63,541 bases of DNA, filler included, from Circinaria calcarea (GCA_051942165.1; 38 parts of 38 records of this genome joined end to end with filler, not necessarily neighbours in it), one strand, 5' to 3'. Counted from the whole stretch's first letter, positions 23,445-35,392 are shown. A program made the numbers and translations. Notes: generated by a model from the letters alone, not told the origin.

Positions 23445-26400
23445 NNNNNNNNNNNNNNNNNNNNNNNNNNNNNNNNNNNNNNNNNNNNTTAATTAATTAA
23501 NNNNNNNNNNNNNNNNNNNNNNNNNNNNNNNNNNNNNNNNNNNNAGCCAGGAATGTTCAAACTTCAATTGCTCTCCACTCACTCAGTCTAAAGCCCTGCT
23601 GTAAGTTCTGATGTACTCCTAAACACAGCAGCACACTTCAATGAGACTGATCAACGTCCAAAAGCAACAGGTGGGGAAGCTGTAACAATTCAGCCTTTTT
23701 GAAAGATCAGCCAACAGGTCAGGAAACGGTCTGGCAGGCACGCAGCTATGGGACTCGAGCAGCCCTCATGAGCTATGTCTATCTATTTCAAAGCATATGA
23801 GCAGGTGAGAGTATGACCGGGCGCGCGCTGCGCGACCTTGCAACGGGCAGTCATGCACCGATCGGTGGAGTCTGTTGCAACGGTCAAGAACGACTGACCT
23901 GTCGAAACTGATCCACAGAGCTCTGCCAAGAATAGCCTGATGCTGTGCGGACGCCTGCTGTGCTGCAACTCAGCGCGCTGTCCACCTGATCTTGAACTTT
24001 TAAACTGGAAGCAAGACACAGACCGGGTCAGAATCTGCGGACGGTAAAGAATAACAGACAGCAAGCTACAACCCAAGTACCCTGAAGCCGAGGGGAAGCT
24101 AGTTTCACGAGCTTGCTGACAAAGACAACAAGCCCACGAAGAGCAGCTGGAGGTTACCTGATGTGCTGTTGCAGGTCCAAGGTGTCTTTGCTGCTTGCCC
24201 AGATCTCCTTTTTGATCAAGACGGCCTTCACGACAAGAGGCTGGGACCGTCCCGGCGCTGCTGATTGCTTTCGGCGTCCAGGTGACAAGGCTGATCGCTT
24301 TGCGTTGACTTGTGATAGTTGACTGGCAGTCATGGGTTACTGTTCGTCTACACATCTTCTTCAGCACAGCACGATCTTGTTCAGCACGTGGCCCTACTGA
24401 TACCTCAACGTCTCTGTCGTCCGCCTGCTTGCGCAACGCTGCGGTCTCCGATCAGGCAGCAGTCTTCGCCAGGTTGGAGAACGAACTCGGACAAGCGTGG
24501 CAAGGTAGGCCAAATGCAGCAACTTGTCACTCGATGTCCTGCTGCACAGGCCAGGATGTCGCAACACGGCGTCCTTCGAATCATGGTTTGAATCGTGATG
24601 GGTAAAACAGATCAGGGCAAACCCTGTGGCCGAAACCGGGCACCACCCGAGAACGGATCAGGTGGCTTTTCGTATACGTGCATAATGTCCAGCAACATCC
24701 GCACAGCGCCTCAGCGCACTGCCAAGGCTTGGCACTGCTTCAGCCGCTTGCGAAGCTTATGATGAGTGTGTAGCGTGGTGCTCTGGGCTGCTCGTCGATA
24801 TCCAGACTCCCAACTGCAAAGGGCCCTTGCTGATGTGCCGTTGTGGTTTGCGTGTCAGCTGCTGAGTCTGGTTGACTGCAATCTTTTGTACCATGGTAGG
24901 CCTGGCCTCACAGACAACTCACGGAGAGTCTGGGCTTTTGTTGCACACTGCTGCTGCCTCTGGGCCTCTATGATCCAGTCAGGCCAAATTGTGTTTTGGA
25001 GGTTGCGGGACTTTGCATGTGAGCTGGTAGCAAAGCACACAACAGCAGCACCTGTAATATGATAAGCTCACCACTCTCCCTGCAGCAACCTAGCTGTACC
25101 AACAATGACTGGACTGATCNNNNNNNNNNNNNNNNNNNNNNNNNNNNNNNNNNNNNNNNNNNNTTAATTAATTAANNNNNNNNNNNNNNNNNNNNNNNNN
25201 NNNNNNNNNNNNNNNNNNNACCCAACACGGGCGACGCTTCGCTGTCTAGCCTATTTGCTCCGGGGAGTTTGTCGCCCCCATACTGTCGTCCTGCGGGGGC
25301 GGCCAGGTTCGACAGCCAAGAAACCCAGGTTTCAACAACCTGGAAACCCCAAAACCAGTATCTTGAGGCCCCAGAATCAACTTTCTGAAGGGACCAGAAT
25401 CAGCTGCTGCTTCCTCCGGGACCCAGATTCAACATCTGGAACAGTTATCTGGCTGAACCCCAGCGACTGGTCAACTTGATGGAGGAGCAGATCAATGGCC
25501 GCCGACCCTTCAGGTCTTGAATGGATGCTGACTTCTCTGTTTAGGTCCGGGGTTTAGCCTGCCGTTGTTGCGTACAACGGGGGTTAATCATCACACCAGC
25601 ATCAAGCTCGCACTTCTACGCAGTGCTGGTGACTAGTAGCCAAGCGAGGGTGAAGCTATGTCGAGCTCATCCACGATTTCTTATTATGCGGACCGGTTCT
25701 GATGGTATGTTGTTCCTAACGCTAGCCTCAAAGCGTCGCTGTATGTAGGTTGACCATTTCATTGACCTGGTGGTGTTGTGCGGACCAGGGTTGTGCCACC
25801 GACGTCTTACACTAGGAGAGCCTTCAATATATATCGATAACTACACAGGTATGCAACTCATCCAGAAGTCCCACGCCTTCGTGGGAAGGGTGTTGGCCTG
25901 AACCTAGGTTTATGTATCGTGTGAGAGATAGTATAACTGTATATTGTAAGCATCGTGTGAGGTGCTGATTTGCAGATACTTTACGGACCGTGATCCTGCA
26001 GACGGTAAAATTCCTCAGTAAGCCCGAGTTTCTTGTCAGCTCTAGAATGTCGTTATAAATTTTATGTAGCTATATCCGGGGAAGGTCGATTCAGGCTCCT
26101 TTATACTGTACCCCTCATAGTGCGGGCAGCTAAAATGGCTGTTTTGTATGCTCCCGCACACTCCCTTCGTTCTCCTTCGGTGCTCCCTCTGAAGCGTCTA
26201 TGCTCCCTTCTCAAGTCCGAAGCGGTAAACGACGACCTACAGTTTGGGGTGTTATAATGAATATATAAGAAAGCTTACAATGACGGCACGAAGACTGGCG
26301 CAGAAGCATTGCGGAAACATTGCGGTTTTTCCTCTTCAAGTAAGAATAAACATAATAGAAAAGTAGCTGCGGAAATTGGTGGAAATCTAATAAAAAGCTA

Positions 26401-26894
26401 GACAAATATGTTTTCGCCTCGATTACCTTGCGAGAAATGTCGCTGATAGTCGTGACAATGCGAAAGGGTTTCAGTGTCCCCACTAGGCGTTTTAAACCGG
26501 AAGAGACTGAGTTGTCTTCAAAGGTCTTGGGTGCTTGTTTTCCGAGGATATAGTTTGTTATGCTTGTCCGAGACTTTATGACACTGAAATATCCGGTCAG
26601 TCTTGCCTGTCAAGCGAATTTGAATCGATACTGGGTTGACCTAATTGATATGGCCTGACTTGACTGGGGACGGATTGCTGAAAGCGCCATCCTCAAGTCA
26701 TTATTCCAATCGTGAGACCGTGTAATGCACTCGTTTCCAGTCGATCGAGACTCTGCCATCTTTGTTATTGCTTGCCCTTAAGATGTCGATATGTNNNNNN
26801 NNNNNNNNNNNNNNNNNNNNNNNNNNNNNNNNNNNNNNTTAATTAATTAANNNNNNNNNNNNNNNNNNNNNNNNNNNNNNNNNNNNNNNNNNNN

Positions 26895-27546
26895 CCGCCC
26901 AAATCGAAAAAGCGCGCCCCGGCAACCGAAGACTACGATTCCGACAATGGCTTCGTAGCCGACTCCAAACCCACTGCTAAGAAAGCGAAGACGGCCAAAA
27001 GTGGGGGATCTGCAAATTCGACTGGGAATAAGGACGTGCAGAAAGGGAAGAGCGTTAGTAGTGTGGGGATAAATGGGGAACAATTTTGGGAGGTTAGTCT
27101 GTTCTGTTTGGAGGAGATAGGGCGGAGGCTGACATGGGCCTCGTTAGCTATCCGATAAACGACGGGTTGCGATTTCGGAATATGGGGGGAAGGAGATGAT
27201 CAATATCAGGGAGTACTATGAGAAGGATGGAGAGTTACTCCCGGGTAAGAAGGTAGGACTCGGCCCTCTGATTACAACCCATGCACAGAACAGCTCACAC
27301 TAACTTCATGACCAGGGCATCTCTCTACCGCTTGCGCAATTCAGCACCCTGATTACACTCCTACCACAGATCGAGTCCGCGCTTGCAGCGAAGGGGGAGA
27401 GTATACCAAGACCGGACTATGGTGAGAAGGCTGAGGATGGGAATGCAGTAGAGGCTGATGGGGAAGAGGAGCGGGAAGAGGAGGAGGATGATGACGAGGG
27501 CTCAGGGAAGAAGAATTTTGAAGCAACGAGTGAAGAGGAAGATTAG
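26895..27546 (+). CDS. sub1: Transcriptional coactivator Sub1/PC4 (apparently lacks only the start codon)
   Basis: PPKSKKR..YDSDNGFVAD..EQFWE/LSDKRRVAISEYGGKEMINIREYYEKDGELLPGKK/GISL..; introns 27093-27147 and 27253-27315; acidic tail ending KKNFEATSEEED-TAG. Confidence 0.93.
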
Positions 27547-27771
27547 CTTGGTGGTAGGCTGTGGCATAATTTGGACAACGCGAAGTCTGCATCCACGGGC
27601 TAACAAAATTGGACCTGAACATGCGCGTGACTTGAACCTCACACAAAAGTAATTAAAGCGTGTTTATCTCGATGACCACTCCAATTTCGGCCCCCCCCAA
27701 TCCGTACTCCTTATTAAATGGTCAGATCAGCCGACTTTCGCCCAACCCCAAAAGTCTTGCTTTATCAGGGA

Positions 27772-27894
27772 AGAAAGGAGGTACAGAAAGGAGGTACAAA
27801 AAGGAGGTACAAAAAGGAGGTACAAAAAGGAGGTACAAAAAGGAGGTACAAAAAGGAGGTACAAAAAGGAGGTACAAAAAGGAGGTACAAAAGG
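27772..27894. repeat. 13-bp tandem repeat (AAAAAGGAGGTAC) x9, abutting the 5S 3' end
   Basis: GGAGGTAC recurs at 27777, 27790, ... 27881 with a 13-bp period; reads TTTTTGTACCTCC on the 5S-transcribed strand. Confidence 0.97.
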
Positions 27895-27898
27895 CAAA

Positions 27899-28017
27899 AC
27901 ATACAACAGCTGGTATTCGCTGGTGGTCACCCACCCAACTACTAATCAGCCGATCTCAAGCTTATGTATGGCAGAGCGGACGGGATACCCAGTGTTCTTG
28001 AGTCTGTGGTCGTATGT
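27899..28017 (-). rRNA. rrn5: 5S rRNA gene, full length (119 nt)
   Basis: Reverse strand ACATACGACCACAGACTCAAGAACACTGGGTATCCCGTCCGCTCTGCCATACATAAGCTTGAGATCGGCTGATTAGTAGTTGGGTGGGTGACCACCAGCGAATACCAGCTGTTGTATGT; pairing termini ACATAC/GTATGT; followed by a T-run. Confidence 0.97.
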
Positions 28018-28040
28018 GATAATTAGATTGCTTAAAGCAG

Positions 28041-28046
28041 TATATA
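28041..28046 (-). promoter_or_regulatory. TATA element upstream of the 5S gene
   Basis: TATATA at -29 to -24 from the 5S start, the position known for dispersed Neurospora-type 5S genes. Confidence 0.7.
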
Positions 28047-30243
28047 TTAGTGTAGTATGATTTGACGGGGAATGTGCCGAGAGGAGTTTCAACTTCGCCG
28101 AGTTACAACTTTGGTCTCAGGGGAAACAGTTGTTGATAGGATCTGCAAATACCAGGGATTGATTGGTCACTACATATAAAATAACCCCCTGGTTGGGATT
28201 CTATTTGCTAAGATAGCTATGGACTAATTGGCATATCAGCGTCGTTTTTAATTGCATGTTACAGGAGCTTTCTGGGCAGCCCAAGCAGCTACGAGATGCC
28301 CTCATGCAAAATCTCCATAGCTCTCAAAGAGTATTTGGGTGTTGAAATATCTGATTGTCACCACTTATATTGTCTGATCTTCATTGCAGATGCTGGAGAA
28401 GACATCTAAAGCTAGAAAGTGGTGTTCATCTTCGCAATCCGAGTGAAGTCCTGACGCAAAAGAGAAGTGNNNNNNNNNNNNNNNNNNNNNNNNNNNNNNN
28501 NNNNNNNNNNNNNTTAATTAATTAANNNNNNNNNNNNNNNNNNNNNNNNNNNNNNNNNNNNNNNNNNNNGTTAATGCAGATAGAATTTTTTTTCTTCCCT
28601 CTCCTCTTTTTTTGTACCTTAGATGTTTGTTCCCAATGGGCTCGAAACTCGAATTTTCACATACAGTAAATACTCTTTACCCCTTGGCTTTTGGCTTACC
28701 CTGGCTTACCTTGGCTTACCCTGACTTACGTTGACTTACCCTAGCTGTTCCCGGATTCCGGAAAGTTTTTTATAAATAATAATAATAATAATAATGATAA
28801 AAACAAAGGAATACTCGAGAGTTGCCGGCCGAGTGGTGAATCATATATGATATAGGATCATAAAATCATAGGAAGCCCCGTACCCTAAATCTCGGATCTC
28901 GAATCCCCCCCGGAGTTGGAGGAAGGAAGGGAAGAAAGGGGCCAATTCAACCATAATATCACGGTTTAGCATAGCAGTAGCCCGCTCCGCGGACCGAGTC
29001 GAAGCCTGAATCACGTGACCCACCATGTATTTAGCTTCTGCAGCGTGTGGGGATGGAATCCCCACACTTAAATCATAGTACCCACTGAAACCCAACTTTA
29101 GTCCCTGACACATAACCACCATAAGTATTGTTTTATGAGGAGCCGGGAGAATCCCCGAATTCTATAATCCGCAATCCGCAATTTCTCGTGTATAATAAGT
29201 AAGGGCCCACGGGCCGTAAAGGTTACTTGGAACTTGGAACTTGGAAAAAAAGGTTATCCCAAGAGGCTAAGGCTAAGGCTAAGGCTAAGGAAGGAAGGAA
29301 GAGTATATGGTAATATGGGGTGGGGTAAATATAAAAACACACGAGAAGAAAATTAATAAAAAAATAATACGTATATGGTTGTAACTTTATAGATTCGAGA
29401 ACCTATATATTATTTATTAAAAAGAAAGAAGAGAAAGAAAAAAGAAAGGAAGAAAAAGTATATATACGTGAAAAAGGGGGGTTTTCACTTTTCACTTTTC
29501 ACTTTTTATTATACGCCCAAGACGCCCGGTTACCGTAAGCCGGGGTATAATATCGTTACCCGCCCGCCCCAATCTCAAGCGTAGAGCATAACGAGGGGGG
29601 GGAGGGAAGTTATTATCATCATTAGGGCTATTTGTCGCCCGACCGATTATGGAAAAAGGAGGTACTATAAGTTTAAAATCAGAACCATCCAAAAAAAAAA
29701 AAATTCTCGCTCGGGCTTTAAACTTTGTATATATACTACAGCACGCATTCGATTTATGGATTTCTCATCCGATTTTTGTTTTATTTTTGCAAGAGATATC
29801 TCGGTTACTTATGCTACTATCAAAGCTGGCATACAAACCTCACATCTTACTATGTTATTTCGAATATCCTATCGAGCTTTCATCTTCTCCTAGCGAATGT
29901 CTGATCGAGTAGGCAAACCGTCGTGCTTCATATCGCCGTTTCAAATATCCCATCGAGCGTCCATGCTTTCATTCGCTGCTGGCAAATGGTTCAACCTGTC
30001 ATCATCATCATCATATCGTCGTTAAAACATCAATCTCATATCGTCATCAACTTCATATCGCCATCACAAAAACAAACAACACAAGCTAACACGCCTCCCT
30101 TTTACTACTTCCCTCTCAATTCATCCCCGTTCCCGTCTCCGTTNNNNNNNNNNNNNNNNNNNNNNNNNNNNNNNNNNNNNNNNNNNNTTAATTAATTAAN
30201 NNNNNNNNNNNNNNNNNNNNNNNNNNNNNNNNNNNNNNNNNNN

Positions 30244-30525
30244 TATCTTGCTACCGCAGACGCAAAGGCACTGATTGCACAGAGTGCGAGGTTACTCGTA
30301 GATATCCGCCGAGAGCGAGCGAATCATCCGGATCGCGATCACTGGGAACGTTTTTGCCATGGCGTCGAGTATGCATGCCGGGTGCCTGAATGTACCTCGG
30401 ATCAAATCTTTTTTAAAAGAAGAGCCTTGGCCAGACACCTCGGCGAAATTCACCACTTAACAGATCCCAATAGCGTCGGGGAATTGCTCGATCAAGGAAA
30501 GCGATTTCCTTTGTATAATCACTAA
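30244..30525 (+). CDS. C-terminus with C2H2-like motif, probably of a fungal patatin-like phospholipase
   Basis: Open from the contig edge: YLATADAKALIAQSARLLVDIRRER..HWERFCHGVEYACRVPEC..LARHLGEIH..LLDQGKRFP-TAA. C-x4-C..H-x4-H is visible; the patatin link is recalled and not verifiable here. Confidence 0.6.
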   Translation, partial: YLATADAKALIAQSARLLVDIRRERANHPDRDHWERFCHGVEYACRVPECTSDQIFFKRRALARHLGEIHHLTDPNSVGELLDQGKRFPLYNH

Positions 30526-31917
30526 GCATGACCGTTATCATTTCCTCGAGGCATCCTCCTCCTCATATCTTTAGGAAGCATGCTGAGTAACTTGATAAGA
30601 AAACCATACGAGTATAATGATTTAGACGGGTGGCTGGCGTTCGAATCCGAGCATAGCGAAGGTGTTTTGACTTTTCCTTATTTTTTGGGATTCGCATGGG
30701 TATGGTTCCGCGCATGGGAACGATATTTCAGGAGCAGGGGAATCGCCGGAGAGATACTGCTTATTTTGTTTTGATACGCATATACCCCTAGAAGGTCCGA
30801 CCAAGGATTGCCAGAAAAAGTTTACTGTTTACGGCTTGAGCTAGAGTTTGGTGGCAGGAGATTGAGATACCCCGAGATAATTTGTCTCTATGTTTTTTCT
30901 GAAACTTTTTACGCATCTACGATAGGTACTACCAGGTTGTGCTTCTGCACGATTTTTCCCGCGATTTTCCTGGACTATAGCAAATTCGGTCCCCGTGCTG
31001 TTGGAAAGGGGTGGAAATCGCTGGATTGATACAGAAACTCTGAAAATCAGTGTATTCTACGCAGGGCATTCCCGCAGGTTTCTTTCAGACCTTTATTCAT
31101 TTCGTTGCTGCTCCGCCATCAAGCGGGCGAGCTACAGGGTCATGACTATCACAAATAGGGCCATAAACCCATAGCAATCCGATAACGTCAACCCATTCGA
31201 TTTCTCTTTTCAATGCTTAGGCACAGCGTGACCGTAGGTATTTTATCATGTATGAGGGGGGGAAAATCTTTATATTTCTACGCGTGACGGAAAGAAATCC
31301 GGGAAGGGGAAAAGAGGAGAAGAGCAGCACGCAAGGGATTTTAATAAAAGGTAAAAGCGCGCGCGCGCACGATAATATTCAGGCGGGGAATCTCACCGGG
31401 ATTGGGTTGTCAAATCCCATAAGCGCTTTTTGGTGGTCTGGCGGTCTAGGTGGTTTCCCTGTCCTGTTTTCTGGGGGCGTATTCTATTTGCCTAAATCAT
31501 GTAGTTCGGATATCTGGCGTTTCTCCGAGAGGTGTTAGGGGCTGTGCCAGCAGCGAGGAAAGCATCCCCCTCTAATTTTTTTCCTTCGATACCGTACATG
31601 ATTGAGACGGGATTCGCAAAGACTCCTCTGTACCATTAGCTTTATCGTTGCATAAAACCGAATTTCTGGAAAATATAACATCTAACCGCAGCCTTCCCCC
31701 TCCTGATCCTTTTACAATGCTCAAACATATCTTTCCCCGAAAACTCATTCCTCCCCCCCTTCCTCGGATAATGGGATCATCCTTGACCCTTCCCTCTTCC
31801 CCCATTCCCTCACGAACNNNNNNNNNNNNNNNNNNNNNNNNNNNNNNNNNNNNNNNNNNNNTTAATTAATTAANNNNNNNNNNNNNNNNNNNNNNNNNNN
31901 NNNNNNNNNNNNNNNNN

Positions 31918-32354
31918 CCCTGAGCATTTGGCGCCGATGCGACTCTCCGGAGCTTTCTAGCCAGTTCTTCCTTGCCCTTTGCAGTAGCCTGATCATTGGC
32001 ACCACTGACAGCCTCGACCTTGGTTTTCGGTGTGTCGGGTGGCGACGGAGGTACACTATTATCGTTGTGATGCCTTAATGCCGGGGGACCCTGATGGACG
32101 AAGTATGGATTGGCATGCGCGGTCGGTGACATTCCTTCCTCTAGAGTGTTACCTTCGCTGTTGATCGTTGCTGATCTATTTCGGCTGATACCTCCAAGGA
32201 ACCTCGATTGACGGAATGACTTGTTCTCTGCTTTGGGACTTGGACCGCCATCACTGCTGAGACTGGTGTTGCTCCCAAGGCTGTTGATTCGAAAGAAGTT
32301 CCTGAACTTCTGGGGGAAATGGCTGGACCCATTCGCTGGCTTGGTAGACGGCAT
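31918..32354 (-). CDS. nrc-2: Ser/Thr kinase Nrc-2 (Fpk1/Kin82 family), N-terminal region
   Basis: MPSTK..HFPQKFRNFFRINS..FRQSRF..MSPTAHANPYF..LRHHNDNSVPPSPPDTP..KEELARKLRRVASAPNAQG matches the Nrc-2 N-terminus. An in-frame ATG also lies upstream at 32429. Confidence 0.9.
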
Positions 32355-33233
32355 CGAGAGACCAGAGAAGTTGCGCTTCTCGGAGGTGGCTACCGAGGAA
32401 TTCGACGTCAAGGCGAAAAGCTGCGTCATGTGCTGTCAAGTCTACCAAAGGACTTTGGGGCAAGGACCTTCGTGTAGTGGTCAGGATGTGATGCTGCAGG
32501 CTTTGGACGTGGGATAAGGGGGTACGCTGGTTTCGGGGAAATACCCTCGATAGGTACGGTTAAAGTGTTTCGCCTGTCATCTTCAGAAGAAGTATTGGAG
32601 TCAGTATACTGCTCCGACGGAGAGTGGTAATTCAGGGATATTTCTTATAGGGATGAGAAGATTTGATCATGAATTTCGAAATGGTAATGTATGCTCATTA
32701 GTCAGGTACAATACCTGCTTAGGGTTCTTCCATTTCTACTCAGACTGCCAAGCCTTGTCGTTCAAGGATTAGTCTTCGGAGAATTCCGCGGGGTACCTCG
32801 CTTCGGCCTAAGCTCGGAATAACGTCTATGGTCGCGCTCAGGCGGATTGATCTGACATTCTTCGTAAATCAAGTAGTATTTACGATGAAGCATCAGCACA
32901 GAACAGACACTCCAGGAAGAAAACAGTACTATCCTGCTCTTCAATGACCGTCCTGAGATTTGACGAATAATGAATCGGGGTCCACGGGCTCGATTATCTA
33001 GGAATTGGCTTCGCCGTTTCTAGCCGGGCAATAGGATCGGAGAGTGGGTGGCTCTCCTGAAAAGGTGCTGACACTATCGAGTTTCACTTGTGGCTGAACC
33101 CCAGTACGGTGCATACATCCGCATCTGGCAAAGGACAATCATGGCTTTCAGTCGCCCGAGTCACGGGAAGAGCAACGACAGTTCAGTTTGAGTATTGAAA
33201 TCGTTCGACGACATTACATTCATGTTCGTGGCT

Positions 33234-33491
33234 CTATGTGCTTCCCGGTCCACCCAGCAAAGCAAACCTGCGGACGATTGATGGCCCGATCTCGTCGTAT
33301 TCCGCTTTTGTATGGCAATAGCTTCGGAACTCTGGTGTTTGACCGAGAAGGCTACCACCAAACCATGGCCCATGCCGTTGCCTCTTATGCGTCACGACCT
33401 GCACTTCAAGCCCTCCACTCCTCGCTCCACCACTTCTGGCTTCCGATGCCCGGATCCTTGCGTCCACCAGATGTTTTATATCGCGCTGCAA
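33234..33491 (-). CDS. arp3: Actin-related protein 3, 3' part
   Basis: LQRDIKHLVDARI..VQVVTHKRQRHGPWFGGSLLGQTPEFRSYCHTKAEYDEIGPSIVRRF. Confidence 0.96.
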   Translation of the reverse strand: MQRDIKHLVDARIRASEARSGGARSGGLEVQVVTHKRQRHGPWFGGSLLGQTPEFRSYCHTKAEYDEIGPSIVRRFALLGGPGST

Positions 33492-34245
33492 NNNNNNNNN
33501 NNNNNNNNNNNNNNNNNNNNNNNNNNNNNNNNNNNTTAATTAATTAANNNNNNNNNNNNNNNNNNNNNNNNNNNNNNNNNNNNNNNNNNNNTGCATGTAC
33601 GTAATTTAATGCAGAAAGGGTGTTCTGGGTACTGAAGTTCCTAAAGATGTAACCTTTGGAGCGAATTTCCAGGATTAAAGGTGAGTGCTGTATACAGGCG
33701 CTCCTGCAAGCGGACGCATTGAAAGGCATAGAATTCGCCGTTGGATCCGCCACCGTGAAAGCAGCCGATACGAGGGAGTCGGCCCATAGTTCTCGAGGTA
33801 ATCGGGTTAGGCAGCACCCGTTCACTGCCGTGGAATAGCAATTAGTTTACTGGCATCTCCTTCGTGTTCCAATTTTGGTAGTGGTCAGCTTTGGCGCAAG
33901 TCTATGCAATAATTCCGATCTATAACTCACTACGAGGAACCCTTCTATTACTTATTAGACTGGGGTTTCTTTATCAAGCTCATCCGCGAATTGAAGATTG
34001 AACGCTTTTGCTGCTTACGTTGGATAATTCGGCTCGTCGGTTACCAAAACGTCTTTCCGGCATCGTTTGACCGGAGGTTTCGGTGAATTCTGTAAGAAAT
34101 TTGTTATGTACGGCAGCCCGGCACCGAGACCCTAAACTTAATATCGTAGAGTCCAAGCAGCAGGGTAGCCTTGCTAGCCTAGAATCTGTACCCTCGTATT
34201 GGTCAGAAGAAGCCAGCTAGTGTAGCATAGCTCCGTTGTAGAATA

Positions 34246-34419
34246 CAGTCAAACCTCGATATAAGAATATGCTCGGTGCCAAATTTCGTATTCTTATGTA
34301 GAGGTTATTCTTACATCAAGGTAATATTTACCCTGGCTTAGCCAACGTCCGTTCCCAGAAACTTATTCTTATGTGGAGGTTATTCTTGTATACAATATTC
34401 TTATATCGAGGTTTGACTG
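34246..34419. mobile_element. 174-bp MITE, Tc1/mariner (pogo-like) superfamily
   Basis: Perfect 25-bp TIRs CAGTCAAACCTCGATATAAGAATAT (34246-34270) and reverse complement (34395-34419); TA on both sides (34244-45, 34420-21); internal direct repeats of the TIR core; no coding capacity. Confidence 0.93.
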
Positions 34420-34603
34420 TAACAATGGAGCTATGTAAGGCTAGGCAGGGGCTCTGTCGCAAGCAGGGTATGGATTGGGGTAGGGATTGGCTGGAATGGA
34501 ATATAACAAAAAACCAGCTAAACCTCCTAAATGCTGGCAGATACGGCTAACAATCTGTTAATAGCTGCACATCAGACACCTGCGATACTATATCCCTTTC
34601 GTG

Positions 34604-35165
34604 ATGCATACCGTGAAAGAGCCGCTCATCGGTTCCAATCCTTCCCTCCAGAAATACTACGCGGCTTTCGAGTCAAGGATTGGCTATCGGCTTTTCTTGG
34701 GCGGCACAAGGCACTTTGGTTACTACCAGCCGGGTACAAAATGGCCTTTGCCGATCAATAGCGCGCTCAGAAGGATGGAAGACCATCTCTATGAGTCTCT
34801 GGAGCTTCGGCCTGGTGCTCTCGTACTGGACGCTGGATGTGGGGTGGGCCACGTCGCTATGCACATGGCCCGCAAAGGCTTGCGCGTTCAGGGCATCGAT
34901 GTTGTGAGCAACCATCTCCAATGGGCACGGCAAGAGATCCAAGCACGTGGATTTGAAAAGGCCGTGAGCGTTCGCTTAATGGACTATCACCACCTCGACG
35001 GCTTAGCCGACACCACTTTCGACGGTGTCTATACAATGGAGACTCTGGTGCATGCAACGGATCCTGAAAAAGCGTTGGGGGAATTCTTCCGCGTAATGAA
35101 GCCAGGGGGTTCGATCGCCTTATACGAATATGATCATCCGGATCTCGATGCTGCTCGCAAAGGCT
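34604..35165 (+). CDS. Class I SAM-dependent methyltransferase (sterol-methyltransferase-like), 5' part
   Basis: YYAAFESRIGYRLFLGGTRHFGYY; motif I VLDAGCGVG; FDGVYTMETLVH; RVMKPGG; runs off the contig. Confidence 0.92.
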
Positions 35166-35280
35166 NNNNNNNNNNNNNNNNNNNNNNNNNNNNNNNNNNN
35201 NNNNNNNNNTTAATTAATTAANNNNNNNNNNNNNNNNNNNNNNNNNNNNNNNNNNNNNNNNNNNNGGGTAGGGATGAATG

Positions 35281-35392
35281 TTGAAGATTGAAGATTGAAG
35301 ATTGAAGATTGAAGATTGAAGATTGAAGATTGAAGATTGAAGATTGAAGATTGAAGATTGAAGATTGAAGATTGAAGATTGAAGATTGAAGA
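35281..35392 (+). repeat. Perfect heptamer repeat (TTGAAGA) x16
   Basis: 112 bp of uninterrupted 7-bp period near the contig start. Confidence 0.97.

Noticed and set aside
25220..26794. Possible coding fragments at both ends of this contig, including an intron-like GTCAAC..CTGAC..CAG on the minus strand
   Set aside because: No frame gave a recognisable or consistently open protein; insufficient support.
27660..28001. ORFs with KKEVQKGGTKRRY or VPPFCTSFLYLLF repeats
   Set aside because: Translations of the 13-bp tandem repeat and the antisense of the 5S gene.
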